From: Candidatus Bathyarchaeota archaeon
GTDB lineage: Archaea; Thermoproteota; Bathyarchaeia; 40CM-2-53-6
Reading direction: 5' to 3'
DNA length: 64,000 nt
Assembly: GCA_963726255.1 (NCBI GenBank)
Contig: CAVSBL010000002.1
Location: forward strand, 2,112,001 to 2,176,000
The notes under the pieces are model-generated. The model did not search any database, had not been told where the DNA came from, and saw only the letters and a list, made by a program, of their open reading frames with translations. The translations under genes were made by a program, and so were the position numbers. The number at the start of each line of letters is the position of its first letter. Position 1 is the stretch's first letter. This document shows positions 37,440-47,751 of this stretch, one piece after another.

Positions 37440-38476
37440 AAAGTCTTCAGCATCACAGACCGGTCCTGTTCTGGCAGATTCTGACAGGGTGGGAACGGAG
37501 GCAGGTCCAACATTGTTCTCAACCCCGGTTGCAGGCTAATGACTTTCAGGATTGAATTGACTACTATGGCAGGGGTCGCTCGGTCTCCTTGCACTCCGCC
37601 GCGTATCACCATATCTACTGGAGGGATGCCGTCGAGTAGTACAGAGTCATGGGGATTCTCTGCACCAAGGTACATTCGCAGGTCTAGGACTACTAGTTCT
37701 TGACCCGCGAGAATGCCCTTCGCGACTTGGCGGACCCCTGCTACGGAACCGGCTGGGACCGTCACGTAATCGCTCTTCGCTTCCTTCTCCGCGACGACAG
37801 GGCTAATCCTCTCCTGAATTTCTCCTACCTTCCAACCCATAGCCAGAGCGATGAGGCCCACTGACTCAGGTAAACCCACATGCTTTATGGTTCCCTCGGC
37901 CACTTTCTTCTCAAATTCGCTCGGTGACAGGCCTGCTCCAATTTTCTTCTGCAACGGCAGTCTGCGCCTCGATGCGTCCACGACGCGTTCGGCGCGAATG
38001 GAATTCACTTTTTGACAAACGCCGCTCAACGCGACTGCCAAAGTGTCTAGGAGGAAGCCTGGGTTAATGCCAGTTCCGAGGACTATAACTCCCTTATCGC
38101 GCGCACGCTCGTCGATCTCCTTTGCCATCTCAAGATACTTGACAAATGGATATGACAATTCCTCAGCGGTCGATACAACACTCGTTCCATGCTCGATAAG
38201 CTGAATGATCTGTGGATGAATCGTCTTCATGTAGGAAGAAGTAGCGTGAGTTACAATTTGTGGCGAGGTCTGCTTGAGGACTTTTTCCACTCTGTCAGTT
38301 ACCGTCACACCAATTTTTCTCGGTTTCTCTAGTAACTCTCCAACGTCTTTTCCGACTTTGTTCTTGTCGATGTCGATAGCCCCGACCAGTTGGACCCAGG
38401 GTCGGGTAAGAAGAACTTCAACTATCCCTAGTCCAATTGGGCCTAGGCCATATTGAACGATCTTGATGTTCTTCAA
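37436..38476 (-). CDS. NAD(P)H-dependent amine dehydrogenase family (2,4-diaminopentanoate dehydrogenase/Ord-like)
   Basis: YGLGPIG Rossmann motif, STAEELSYP, GTGINPGF, HVGLPES, GD.AT. Confidence 0.8.
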   Translation of the reverse strand: MKNIKIVQYGLGPIGLGIVEVLLTRPWVQLVGAIDIDKNKVGKDVGELLEKPRKIGVTVTDRVEKVLKQTSPQIVTHATSSYMKTIHPQIIQLIEHGTSVVSTAEELSYPFVKYLEMAKEIDERARDKGVIVLGTGINPGFLLDTLAVALSGVCQKVNSIRAERVVDASRRRLPLQKKIGAGLSPSEFEKKVAEGTIKHVGLPESVGLIALAMGWKVGEIQERISPVVAEKEAKSDYVTVPAGSVAGVRQVAKGILAGQELVVLDLRMYLGAENPHDSVLLDGIPPVDMVIRGGVQGDRATPAIVVNSILKVISLQPGLRTMLDLPPFPPCQNLPEQDRSVMLKTF

Positions 38477-38610
38477 TCGCTAACTCCCTGCCTTCTCACT
38501 TGGCGGGTCTATTCAAGGGCCTATGTAAAAGACATTCAATGACCGCACATACAATAAACGCGAAACCTCTTTTAGCCCTCCTAGGGCCGTCGCTATCTGG
38601 TAGTAACCCG

Positions 38611-40644
38611 TTGCTTGCCACGCTGTTGGATCTTGCACACCGCGTGAACTACGACCTTATGCCGGCCTTCACAGCCCTTCTGATGTATTCGATTCTCACA
38701 GTGTTCGCCGTAGTATTCCTCTACGGCGTCTACAGGCGCTTGCGCATCTACTTCAGAGGAGCTCCTCCTCCAAAGTTTGACCACCTTAAGGAGCGGGTCC
38801 TCAAGGCAGTAGCAAACGCGTTCATGCAGAGAAAAGTCTTGAAGAAGAAGTACCCCGGCATCATGCACCTTCTCATTTACTCTGGCATAATCGTACTCTT
38901 GATAGGGACGACTTTAGTGTTCCTTGATTCTGACATCTGGGAGACCATCCTCCATAGTCAAATCCTAGTCGGCAGTTTCTATCTCTTCTTTGAACTCTTC
39001 TTGGACGCTTTCGGCCTCGTCGCCATAGCTGGCCTGTTAATCGCGATCTTCAGAAGGGCTATTTCGAGGCCACCGAACCTGCCCACCTCTCGTGGTGATA
39101 TCTACATCTTTTCGGTTCTCTTGGTTATCCTGACAACGGGTTACGTGTTGGAAGCGATTCGACTCGCCGTTGATAAGCCGCCTTGGGCGCAGTGGTCGTT
39201 TGTCGGCTACCAACTTTCCCTCTTGCTGATAGGCCGTGGGCTCGACACTCAGGGAATCATGACCTTTTACCGAGGGCTGTGGTGGTTCCACGCTCTCCTT
39301 GCGTTTACGGCCGTTGCAACCATTCCGTACACGAAACTCTTTCACCTCATCACTTCACCGCTGAATGCTCTCTTCGGACACTTGCGACCGAAAGGCCAAC
39401 TCAGCACTCCATTTGACCTGAAACAGCTGTTGGCTTCAGGCAACTTCGACATCAAGGTCGGAGCGGCGGCTATTACTGACTTCTCTTGGCAACAGAGGCT
39501 GACATTTGACTCGTGCACTTCATGCGGGCGGTGCACTAACGCCTGTCCCGCAACTGCTGCTGGTACTCTTCTCTCTCCTATGCACCTGATCCTGAAGCTT
39601 AGGGACGTGATGCTCGCGCAAAAGGCGACTGACGGCGGAAGCGTCGTGGTACCAGAGGTCGTCAACCCGGAAGAACTCTGGGCATGCACAACCTGTAGAG
39701 CATGCGTTAACGAATGCCCAGTTCTCATCGACCACGTCGACGCCATAGTCGATATGAGACGGCACTTAGTCGGGGAAGGAAAACTCGATCGGGGCAAAAA
39801 GGATCTGCTCACGAACCTAAACAACGTTTCCAACCCCTACGGCTTGCCACGATCGGACCGCATGAAATGGGCCGAAGGCCTCGACGTGAAGACTGTCAAG
39901 GAGCAACCGGAATTCGACGTACTCTACTGGGTTGGCTGCTCCGGGTCGTATGACCCCAGGAACCAAGACGTATCGAGGGCCATCGTGAAGATACTGAAGG
40001 CGGCCGGAGTGCGTTTTGCTGTCCTCGGAAACGAAGAGAAATGCAACTGCGAGGTAGCCCGACGGCTAGGGGAAGAGGGGCGTTTTCAGCAAGCGGCTCT
40101 GGAACTTGTGGACTTATTCAGGAAATATAACGTCAAGGCAGTTCTTACGCAATGCCCCCATTGTTTCAACACTTTCAAGAACGAGTACCCGCAGTTCGGC
40201 GCTGACCTGCAAGTGATGCACCACTCACAATTCATCGCCCAACTTATTGCGACTGGGAGGTTGAAAGTCAAGAAAAGCCTCCAGGGGAACGTAACGTTCC
40301 ATGACCCGTGCTACCTCGGGCGGTACAATAACATCTTTGATTCGCCTAGAGAGGTCATAACTTCCATCAGCCCAACACAGATCATGGAGATGCCGAGGTC
40401 TCGCGAAAACAATTTCTGTTGCGGTGCGGGCGGAGCAAACTTCTGGTATAAGGTCGAGCAGAAGAAGAAAATCGGTGTAATACGTTTCGAGGAGGTACAA
40501 CAAGTGAGCGCCAACACATTAGCGACTGCCTGTCCATTCTGCACCTCGATGCTCGAGGATGCGTCGGTTGCACTGGGTGCCAAAGGTACTGTTGCGGTGA
40601 GGGACATCGCCGAACTTGTTGCAGACCAACTTGAGAATTCCTAA
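38611..40644 (+). CDS. membrane-bound Fe-S oxidoreductase (FadF/EMO-like; cytochrome b, 2x4Fe-4S and CCG domains)
   Basis: TM region with His ligands (GIMH, WWFH, KLFH), CTSCGRCTNACP, CTTCRACVNECP, CPHC, HDPC, CCGAGG, ACPFC; precedes etfBA. Start approximate. Confidence 0.9.
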   Translation: MLATLLDLAHRVNYDLMPAFTALLMYSILTVFAVVFLYGVYRRLRIYFRGAPPPKFDHLKERVLKAVANAFMQRKVLKKKYPGIMHLLIYSGIIVLLIGTTLVFLDSDIWETILHSQILVGSFYLFFELFLDAFGLVAIAGLLIAIFRRAISRPPNLPTSRGDIYIFSVLLVILTTGYVLEAIRLAVDKPPWAQWSFVGYQLSLLLIGRGLDTQGIMTFYRGLWWFHALLAFTAVATIPYTKLFHLITSPLNALFGHLRPKGQLSTPFDLKQLLASGNFDIKVGAAAITDFSWQQRLTFDSCTSCGRCTNACPATAAGTLLSPMHLILKLRDVMLAQKATDGGSVVVPEVVNPEELWACTTCRACVNECPVLIDHVDAIVDMRRHLVGEGKLDRGKKDLLTNLNNVSNPYGLPRSDRMKWAEGLDVKTVKEQPEFDVLYWVGCSGSYDPRNQDVSRAIVKILKAAGVRFAVLGNEEKCNCEVARRLGEEGRFQQAALELVDLFRKYNVKAVLTQCPHCFNTFKNEYPQFGADLQVMHHSQFIAQLIATGRLKVKKSLQGNVTFHDPCYLGRYNNIFDSPREVITSISPTQIMEMPRSRENNFCCGAGGANFWYKVEQKKKIGVIRFEEVQQVSANTLATACPFCTSMLEDASVALGAKGTVAVRDIAELVADQLENS

Positions 40645-40690
40645 CCTTTTAATGCGATTGTAAGTTGAGGGAAACTAATTCATTCTGTGA

Positions 40691-41491
40691 TTGGCGATGG
40701 TAAACATCATCGTACTCGTGAAACAGGTTCTACAAACAGCAGACCTCAAAGTCGACAAGAACACTAAGACAATAATGACGCAGGGTGTTCCCCGCGTTAT
40801 TAGTGAAACGGACAAGAATGCAATCGAGGAAGCCGTCAGGCTCAAAGAAAAACACGGAGGAAAAATCACCGCGATAAGCTTAGGCCCGCCAGAAGCAAAA
40901 GAGGCGCTGAGGGAAGCCTTGGCAATGGGTGCTGACGAAGCCTGCCTGCTAACCGACCCATTGTTCGAAGGCTCTGACGCCCACGCGACCGCCAATGTCC
41001 TGGCCGCCGCTGTCACGAAGATACTTGATTATGACCTAATCATCTGCGGTGCCTACTCAGAGGACCTCTTCGCATTCCAAATCGGACCGAGACTTGCCGA
41101 GATGTGTAATCTGCCACAGCTAACTTACGCTACCAAAATCACGCTGGAAGCAGGGAAAGTGATCGTTGAAAGGGACCTAGAAAACGAACGGCAGATTGTA
41201 GAGAGTCCGCTCCCCTGCTTGGTCAGCGTCGTCAGGGAAATCAATGAGCCGAGGCTTCCGACGCTTATGGCAATAATGGCCGCCTCCAAGAAACCTACGA
41301 ACACATGGACAGCCGCGGACCTAAGCCTCGGGGCAGATGAGTTAGGTTTCAACGGGTCCCTTGTAGAGGTTCTGCGCAGCACCGTCTCCGTAGGAGAGAG
41401 AAAGCGCATGATGCTTCAAGGGGAGCCAAAGGAGATTAGTGCGAAACTTGCGAAGGCGCTTGTTCAAGAGGGAGTTCTGAAGGCGAGCTAG
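40691..41491 (+). CDS. etfB: electron transfer flavoprotein beta subunit
   Basis: IIVLVKQV, NAIEEAVRLKE, REALAMGAD, INEPRLP. Confidence 0.95.
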   Translation: MAMVNIIVLVKQVLQTADLKVDKNTKTIMTQGVPRVISETDKNAIEEAVRLKEKHGGKITAISLGPPEAKEALREALAMGADEACLLTDPLFEGSDAHATANVLAAAVTKILDYDLIICGAYSEDLFAFQIGPRLAEMCNLPQLTYATKITLEAGKVIVERDLENERQIVESPLPCLVSVVREINEPRLPTLMAIMAASKKPTNTWTAADLSLGADELGFNGSLVEVLRSTVSVGERKRMMLQGEPKEISAKLAKALVQEGVLKAS

Positions 41492-41493
41492 CT

Positions 41494-42471
41494 ATGGCAC
41501 AAGAAAACAAAGGCGTCTGGGTCTTCTCCGAAATGCAGCAACTAACCCTTGAACTACTCGGAAAAGGAAGAGGCCTAGCTGACCAACTTGGAACGCACCT
41601 TGCCGCCGTCTCGATTGGCAGCAGTGAAGAGGCACAGAAACTAATCCAACATGGCGCCGACAGAGTCTTCTCCATATCAGACCCGGCGTTGAAAACATTT
41701 CAAGTCGACACATACACAGACGGTCTCACGGCACTTGCAACCGAACACAAACCTGACGCGCTCCTGATAGGTGCAACTCGAAGCGGACTTGAGTTAGCAC
41801 CACGCCTAGCTGAAAGGCTCAAAACTGGCTGCGTAACTGAAGCGACAAGACTGGAACCAGACGCTGAGAAGAACTATATTCTCATAGATCGTGTAACTAT
41901 GGGCGGTAATCTAGTAGAGACTCAGATATCAAGATCGAAGCCACAGATTGCGACGATTCCCAAGGGATTATTCTCAGCGCTCCCCGCTGATACTTCACGT
42001 AAAGGCGAGGCCATCAAAGTCGAACCTAAGATCAAGCCCCCGAGCACAAAGCTCATCGAGACGAAACCAAAACCTGCGAAAGGTGTCAAACTGGTTGACG
42101 CACCCGTAATTGTTTCTTTCGGGCGAGGTGTACGCAAAAAGGAAGATATCGCCTTAATCGAACAGTTCGCACAGGCTGTAGGGGGAGTAGTTGGATGCTC
42201 TCGGCCGATCGCGGAGGACCTACGCTGGTTACCTGAAGAGCAATACATAGGGCTCTCTGGTCAAAAGGTCAGCCCCAAACTGTATTTTGCATTGGGAATT
42301 TCGGGGCAAATTCAACACCTGACCGGAATAAGAAATAGCCGGGTCATCGTTGCGGTGAACAATGACCCAAAGGCCCCAATTTTCGAGTTCAGCGACTACG
42401 GAATTGTGGCAGACCTATACCAACTTATCCCCGCCTTCACAGAAGCCATGAAACAATTAGGGCGGACCTAA
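41494..42471 (+). CDS. etfA: electron transfer flavoprotein alpha subunit
   Basis: VS.GRG, GCSRP, IGLSGQ.V.PKLY.A.GISGQIQH, AVNND..APIF..SDYG. Confidence 0.95.
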   Translation: MAQENKGVWVFSEMQQLTLELLGKGRGLADQLGTHLAAVSIGSSEEAQKLIQHGADRVFSISDPALKTFQVDTYTDGLTALATEHKPDALLIGATRSGLELAPRLAERLKTGCVTEATRLEPDAEKNYILIDRVTMGGNLVETQISRSKPQIATIPKGLFSALPADTSRKGEAIKVEPKIKPPSTKLIETKPKPAKGVKLVDAPVIVSFGRGVRKKEDIALIEQFAQAVGGVVGCSRPIAEDLRWLPEEQYIGLSGQKVSPKLYFALGISGQIQHLTGIRNSRVIVAVNNDPKAPIFEFSDYGIVADLYQLIPAFTEAMKQLGRT

Positions 42472-42514
42472 ACAGTACCCTGCGACCCGTACCTCCGTGG
42501 TAGTTTCCAAATCT

Positions 42515-43759
42515 TCAGCGACTTCTTCTAGTCCCCGTTCCAACCAGCGAGGGAACAGAAAGAACTGATGCTGATACGAGAGTTATGAAGAGGCGCGGGT
42601 CTCGAGCTAGGGAGAGTAGTGTTCTGCCTTGGAAGTCGATGTCCGCCGTTCTGTTGAGGATGTCATCCGCCTTCAATTCCGCCGATATTCTAAAAATACG
42701 ATCTAACTGGCGATCCGGCAATCTGTAGAGTAACCTACGGAGCCACGACATTGCAGTCAAATCGAGTCCGATGAGCCTCCGCCATGCCTTCTCATAGCTA
42801 CTCAGGCTGGAAGCAGATACGTCTCCCTCATGCACTGCATTTGCAGCTGTCTCACCAGCAATCTGCCCACAGGCCAAGCCGAAGACTATGCCACCGCCCG
42901 TCGTTGGCTTAACTTGGGACGCGGCGTCTCCTACAACCAAGACATTATTCGCGTATGTGCGGCCTGTCCCGCCGACGGGTATGGGGTGGTACACTGGGGC
43001 AGTTGTGGCTTTGGCGTGTTTCAGTTTAGTGGAAACGATGCGATGCCGGTGGATGAAGTTGTGGAAGCATTCCCGGACATTCGCACGTCCCCCTGCTGCT
43101 ATCCCAACTTTAGCCGAGCCGTCCCGGCGTGGTATGATCCACCCAAAGAACCCCGGCGCAAAACTCTGACCGAAATAAACCTCAACAAAATCCTCGTCAA
43201 CATCATTCAGGTTCTCCATGTTGAACTGGGCTGAATTCACGAGCATACCTCGGCCCGGCCTCGCGAGGCCAACGTATCTCGAAATGGAAGCTCCACAACC
43301 GCTGGCGTCAATTAGCATCTTGCAAGAAAACTCGCCTCCATTCCGGCCGCTAGCTCTGAGTCTTAGTTCTCCTCCAGAACGCTCGAAGCTTTCGACACGG
43401 GAGTTCAGACGCAATGCTGCTCCACGCTTAACTGCTAAGCGAGCTAGGTGCCTGTCGAATTCAGCACGATTCAGGACCCATGTAACCGGTTCCTTTCTGT
43501 AGAGTGTGAACGGTTTTCCGTTGGGTGGGTAAAGCATAGCTCCCTTGATCTCGTTCTCGATGAGACGTGCTGGTATTTCAGGAGCGAATTTCTTGAAGGC
43601 GAGTATGCCAACGTGGCCGGAACAATGGGAAGGTTCCCCAACCTGTTCGTGTTCTTCAAAGATAGAGACCGTGAGATCCTGCCGGGCGGCAGCTAGCGCT
43701 GCGCTTGCTCCGCTTACCCCGCATCCAATGATTGCTAGGTCAGCTGATTTCGCCGGCAA
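42515..43759 (-). CDS. geranylgeranyl reductase family flavoprotein
   Basis: GCGVSG, P.HCSG, R..FD, FGWIIP, VGDAASQVKP.TGGGI. Confidence 0.9.
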   Translation of the reverse strand: MPAKSADLAIIGCGVSGASAALAAARQDLTVSIFEEHEQVGEPSHCSGHVGILAFKKFAPEIPARLIENEIKGAMLYPPNGKPFTLYRKEPVTWVLNRAEFDRHLARLAVKRGAALRLNSRVESFERSGGELRLRASGRNGGEFSCKMLIDASGCGASISRYVGLARPGRGMLVNSAQFNMENLNDVDEDFVEVYFGQSFAPGFFGWIIPRRDGSAKVGIAAGGRANVRECFHNFIHRHRIVSTKLKHAKATTAPVYHPIPVGGTGRTYANNVLVVGDAASQVKPTTGGGIVFGLACGQIAGETAANAVHEGDVSASSLSSYEKAWRRLIGLDLTAMSWLRRLLYRLPDRQLDRIFRISAELKADDILNRTADIDFQGRTLLSLARDPRLFITLVSASVLSVPSLVGTGTRRSR

Positions 43760-43831
43760 GGCTCGTTTTCACAATGGACCCAACGCGGTTGTGTATGTAA
43801 GAGACAAAGAGATTGAATTTGGCGAAGGCCA

Positions 43832-44083
43832 TTACGTTTGTGCTTGCTGTTCCACCATTTCCACGCGGCGTTTGCCTTTCATCTGGCGCGAAACCCTTAC
43901 TCGGCCCGTAACCTCGAGTTTCAGGAGTATTCGATTCAACTCGCGAAAGCTGATGTCCTCTTTGCCGTTTCGAAGCTCGCGCAGCAGCTCGTCGTCGGTC
44001 ATTGGGCCCTTTCGCCCTATGACTTCGAGCACTTGGAGTTGTAGGGGGCGTGGGCCCCACACCTTTTCCAACTGATTTGACAC
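43832..44083 (-). CDS. small winged-helix protein downstream of cdc48
   Basis: 83 aa; GPMTDDELL, SFRELNRILLKLEV.G.VRV wHTH pattern; starts 17 nt after the cdc48 stop. Confidence 0.75.
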   Translation of the reverse strand: MSNQLEKVWGPRPLQLQVLEVIGRKGPMTDDELLRELRNGKEDISFRELNRILLKLEVTGRVRVSRQMKGKRRVEMVEQQAQT

Positions 44084-44100
44084 TGTCAGTTACCTTTACC

Positions 44101-46281
44101 TTACGCGATGGGTGTTGGGGCGGCTGCTCTTTCCCTTCTGAGTCGTTTAGAGAACTTCTGGTACCATGCGTCGTCTTCTGCGGTTACGCTTGGGCCCACT
44201 CTCTCCATCGCGACATCGAAGTCGCGCCTTGAGACTTCTGTGGAATCAATGTCTTCTCTAAGCGCGTTCATGGCGGCTTCTCTGCAGATTGCTTCAATGT
44301 CCGCCCCAGAGTATCCCTGGGCTTTTCTAGCCAGTTCGTCAAGGACTATGTCTCTGGATAGGGGCATTCCGGTTGTATGAATCTTGAAGATCTCCTTCAA
44401 CGAGTCGAAATCCGGAGAGGGTACGTAGATTAACCGGTCGAATCTGCCCGGCCTCATGACGGCTGGGTCTAGGATGTCGGGCCGGTTCGTTGCAGCGATC
44501 ACTAGGACGTTCTGGAGCGTTTCGATGCCATCAATTTCGGTCAAGAGTTGGCTTATGACGCGTTCGCTTGCTCCTGAGTCAGCGTATCCTAAGCCACGCC
44601 TTGGCACTATCGCGTCGAGTTCGTCGAAGAAGATTATGGCGGGTGCTGCGGTTCGGCCTTTCCTGAAAACCTCGCGAATTGCCTTTTCAGATTCGCCAAC
44701 CCACTTTGAGAAGATTTCGGGGCCCTTTATTGAGATGAAATTCGCTTCGCTTTCCGTCGCCACCGCCCTTGCTAAGAGTGTCTTTCCGCATCCAGGGGGT
44801 CCGTAGAGTAGGATTCCTCGTGGCGGTTTGATGCCCATCTTCTTGAATACTTCTGGTTTCTTGAGAGGCCACTCAACCGACTCCATCAGTTCCTGCTTAA
44901 CCTGTTTCAGGCCGCCGACTTCGGTCCAGTGAACCTGCGGGACCTCTACATACACTTCACGCATAGCGGTCGGGGTGATTTCCCTGTAAGCTGAGAGGAA
45001 GTCGTCCATTTTGACCATCATTTTCTCAAGGGTTTCAGGTGGTATCCGTTCCTCCTCAAGGTTGATTTCAGGTATGTATCGCCTGAGCGCCTTCATGGCT
45101 GCTTCACGGCAAAGGGATGCGATGTCGGCTCCTGTGTAGCCGTGGGTCACATCAGACAGCCGTTTCAGCTCAACGTCTTCTGCTAGCGGCATGTTGCGTG
45201 TGTGAATTTGCAGAACTTCATACCGCCCCGCCTTGTCGGGCACGCCGATTTCCACTTCACGGTCAAACCTTCCAGGCCTACGCAAAGCTGGGTCTATTGC
45301 GTTCGGACGGTTTGTGGCTCCTATGACTATGATGTTTCCGCGCGAGCCCATACCGTCCATGAGTGATAGGAGTTGGGCAACTACTCGTCGTTCAACTTCT
45401 CCAGTAACTTCCTCACGCTTGGGTGCGATAGCATCCATTTCATCGATGAAAATAATGCTTGGAGAAGTTTCTTGGGCTTTCTGGAAGATCTCGCGCAACC
45501 TAGCCTCTGATTCGCCGTAGAACTTAGACATGATTTCCGGGCCGGAAATCACATAGAAGTTCGCATCGGATTCGTTTGCGACAGCCTTCGCTAGCAACGT
45601 CTTGCCGCATCCTGGAGGGCCGTACAGAAATACGCCTCGAGGCGGCTCAATGCCTAACCGTTGGAAAAGTTCAGGGTGCCTAAGTGGCAACTCCACCATC
45701 TCCCTGATCCGTTGGATCTCCTCATGGAGGCCGCCTATGTCCTCATAGGTGACTATCGGGATGCCTTTCTTCTCAGGCGTTGGTTCACTTAGAACCTGCA
45801 CATGTGCCGTTTCAATGATTTTCACGGGGCCATGCGGTCGTGTTCGTGTAACAACTAATGGGACTGCGCTTCCAAAGATAGAAAGCAGCGTCATGTCTCC
45901 TTCGATGAAAGGCATGTCCATGAATCGGCGTTTTACGAAGCTAACGAATTCTTCATCAACGCTTAAGCGGACATCGGTGGGCGCGAAGATAATCGCTTGA
46001 GCATCCTTCACGTCCGCTTTCCTTACGCTCACATACTCGTTGAGGGCTACACCAGCATTCCTTCGGATTAGACCGTCCATTCGAATGATTTCCTGACCCT
46101 GATCTTCAGCGTAAGCCGGCCAGGCTACCGCGACGGTCATCTTCTTTCCATGTATCTCGACGAAGTCGCCTGCAGTTATGCCCAATTTCTGCATAGTTTC
46201 GTTGTCAATGCGGACTTTGCCATGCCCAACATCACGCTGTCTGGCATCCGCAACTCGCAAAGAAGATTCTTTACTGCTCAT
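44101..46281 (-). CDS. cdc48: CDC48/VCP family AAA+ ATPase
   Basis: N-domain plus two AAA modules (GPPGCGKT twice, [16 protein letters not shown]). Confidence 0.97.
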   Translation of the reverse strand: MSSKESSLRVADARQRDVGHGKVRIDNETMQKLGITAGDFVEIHGKKMTVAVAWPAYAEDQGQEIIRMDGLIRRNAGVALNEYVSVRKADVKDAQAIIFAPTDVRLSVDEEFVSFVKRRFMDMPFIEGDMTLLSIFGSAVPLVVTRTRPHGPVKIIETAHVQVLSEPTPEKKGIPIVTYEDIGGLHEEIQRIREMVELPLRHPELFQRLGIEPPRGVFLYGPPGCGKTLLAKAVANESDANFYVISGPEIMSKFYGESEARLREIFQKAQETSPSIIFIDEMDAIAPKREEVTGEVERRVVAQLLSLMDGMGSRGNIIVIGATNRPNAIDPALRRPGRFDREVEIGVPDKAGRYEVLQIHTRNMPLAEDVELKRLSDVTHGYTGADIASLCREAAMKALRRYIPEINLEEERIPPETLEKMMVKMDDFLSAYREITPTAMREVYVEVPQVHWTEVGGLKQVKQELMESVEWPLKKPEVFKKMGIKPPRGILLYGPPGCGKTLLARAVATESEANFISIKGPEIFSKWVGESEKAIREVFRKGRTAAPAIIFFDELDAIVPRRGLGYADSGASERVISQLLTEIDGIETLQNVLVIAATNRPDILDPAVMRPGRFDRLIYVPSPDFDSLKEIFKIHTTGMPLSRDIVLDELARKAQGYSGADIEAICREAAMNALREDIDSTEVSRRDFDVAMERVGPSVTAEDDAWYQKFSKRLRRERAAAPTPIA

Positions 46282-46437
46282 CGTTTGACTCCCTCAACGG
46301 GATACCCGCACGATTTGTGCTGTTCAGACCTTGAGTCCTGCTATTAAAATCCCTTTTGTAATCTGCATCATTTGCCTGTACTGTTTTCGAGGTGGTGGTA
46401 TGGACTGTGAAATCCTTCATTCAAGTTCCAACCTTGG

Positions 46438-46489
46438 ATTTTGTTACCTTGAGTAACAAAATGACAATATAAGCGTTACTTTAAGTAAC
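46438..46489 (-). promoter_or_regulatory. two GTTAC-N5-GTAAC operators flanking a TATA box upstream of cdc48 (Phr/HSR1-like heat-shock element)
   Basis: attttgttac-cttga-gtaacaaaat (46438-46462, perfect 10-bp arms) and gttac-tttaa-gtaac (46475-46489); CTTATATT on the minus strand at 46466-46473. Confidence 0.7.
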
Positions 46490-46493
46490 CGTT

Positions 46494-46763
46494 TCAGAAG
46501 CGCCTGACGTTCAAAACTTGAATCTCGCTAACCAAGTCCACCGCACGTATGGCCTCTTCGACTTGGTCCATTTTGCCTGCCTCATCTTCCGGCAGAACAA
46601 CATGCGCTATCAATGCGACCAGTCCAAAGGCCACGGGCTCCTCCTCGAATTTTTCGACAGTAGAACCGGTAGGGAGAGACGCTTGAACCTTCGACTTTAG
46701 GTTACTGAGGTCGATGTTTGCGTCGTTCGGGAAGATCTTGATGGATGCGAGTACCTTTGCCAA
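46494..46763 (-). CDS. ef1b: archaeal translation elongation factor 1-beta
   Basis: AKVLASIKIFP, EEEPVAFGLVAL, 89 aa, TTG start; adjacent to the HVO_2753-type zinc finger as usual. Confidence 0.95.
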   Translation of the reverse strand: MAKVLASIKIFPNDANIDLSNLKSKVQASLPTGSTVEKFEEEPVAFGLVALIAHVVLPEDEAGKMDQVEEAIRAVDLVSEIQVLNVRRF

Positions 46764-46788
46764 AGTTTTCGTTCCAACCAGGAAAATC

Positions 46789-46992
46789 TCATGGGCCCGT
46801 GAAACCGCATTTAACGCAACGGTAGGGGCGGCCAAACATTCGGCATTTCTCGCAGCGCCAGATTGTCACTTCGCCGCAACTGGGGCAAGGGAACTTGACT
46901 GCCCCCTCGCCAGGGAGTATGGTTCGCGCACACCACGTACATGTGGGCATGCGTATGCTCTTTTCGCTGGATACGGTAGCAGTAGCGCTCAA
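46789..46992 (-). CDS. HVO_2753/DUF1610 family zinc-finger protein
   Basis: CTWC...FPCPSCG...IWRCEKCR....YRCVKCGFTGP. Confidence 0.93.
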   Translation of the reverse strand: MSATATVSSEKSIRMPTCTWCARTILPGEGAVKFPCPSCGEVTIWRCEKCRMFGRPYRCVKCGFTGP

Positions 46993-47174
46993 TCACTGGC
47001 ACTTCGGGTTCCCTCACGCACAGCTCTGAAGGTTATAAATTGATTGCTAGTTTGAACCGGTTCCCATTGTCTCAGCCACGCCTAAGGTCATGCCGAAGAG
47101 AGAACCGGCAAATTCAAACAGCAGGCTTGGTGACATTTACTCAGCTACTTCCAGTCTACTGTAGTGAGACAACC

Positions 47175-47633
47175 TTGGTCAAAATAGATTCAGTTTGCGA
47201 TCTCGACAGGTTTCGACGTTTCATGATTATGAGTACATGTCAAACCTACATCCCGCTTGACATGGATGAGGATGAGACCATCTACCCTGAACGATCTTCA
47301 GACAAGGGCACGATGTATGTTGAGGCCGAAGATAAGGAGACCCTTCAGCAGATACGCGAGATTAGGTTCACTAGAGTATCAAATGTTCTAGGGATAATCT
47401 ACAATTCCAAGAGTGGCCGAACACAGTTGAAATGGCGGCACCTGAAAGGCAGGGTAGGCCGGCTGAGTGGTGAAGCGAGCCCGAACACCTTAGTCAACCT
47501 ATTCGCTTCTCAGGCCCTACCTGAGTCCTATGCGATAGCCGAACCTGAACGTGAACGAGAGTCGGAAACCCAACCGGAACCGCCCGGAGCGGAAGCCTCA
47601 ACCTCAATTCATGAGGCCTTCGCAGACACCTGA
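47175..47633 (+). CDS. conserved archaeal hypothetical protein
   Basis: YVEAEDK.TL..IR.I.F, LGIIY.SKSG.T.LKW, GEAS.N.LVNL, recalled from Thaumarchaeota-type hypotheticals. TTG start inferred. Confidence 0.7.
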   Translation: MVKIDSVCDLDRFRRFMIMSTCQTYIPLDMDEDETIYPERSSDKGTMYVEAEDKETLQQIREIRFTRVSNVLGIIYNSKSGRTQLKWRHLKGRVGRLSGEASPNTLVNLFASQALPESYAIAEPERERESETQPEPPGAEASTSIHEAFADT

Positions 47634-47751
47634 AAGTCAATCACAACAGTGCGCCTAGCTCCGAAACGTACCTGCGAGTCTTGCGCTGTGGGAGTCTAAA
47701 GGGCTAATCTAACATGGACAAACGTCTCTCCGCAAAGGCGCAAATGGCTCA

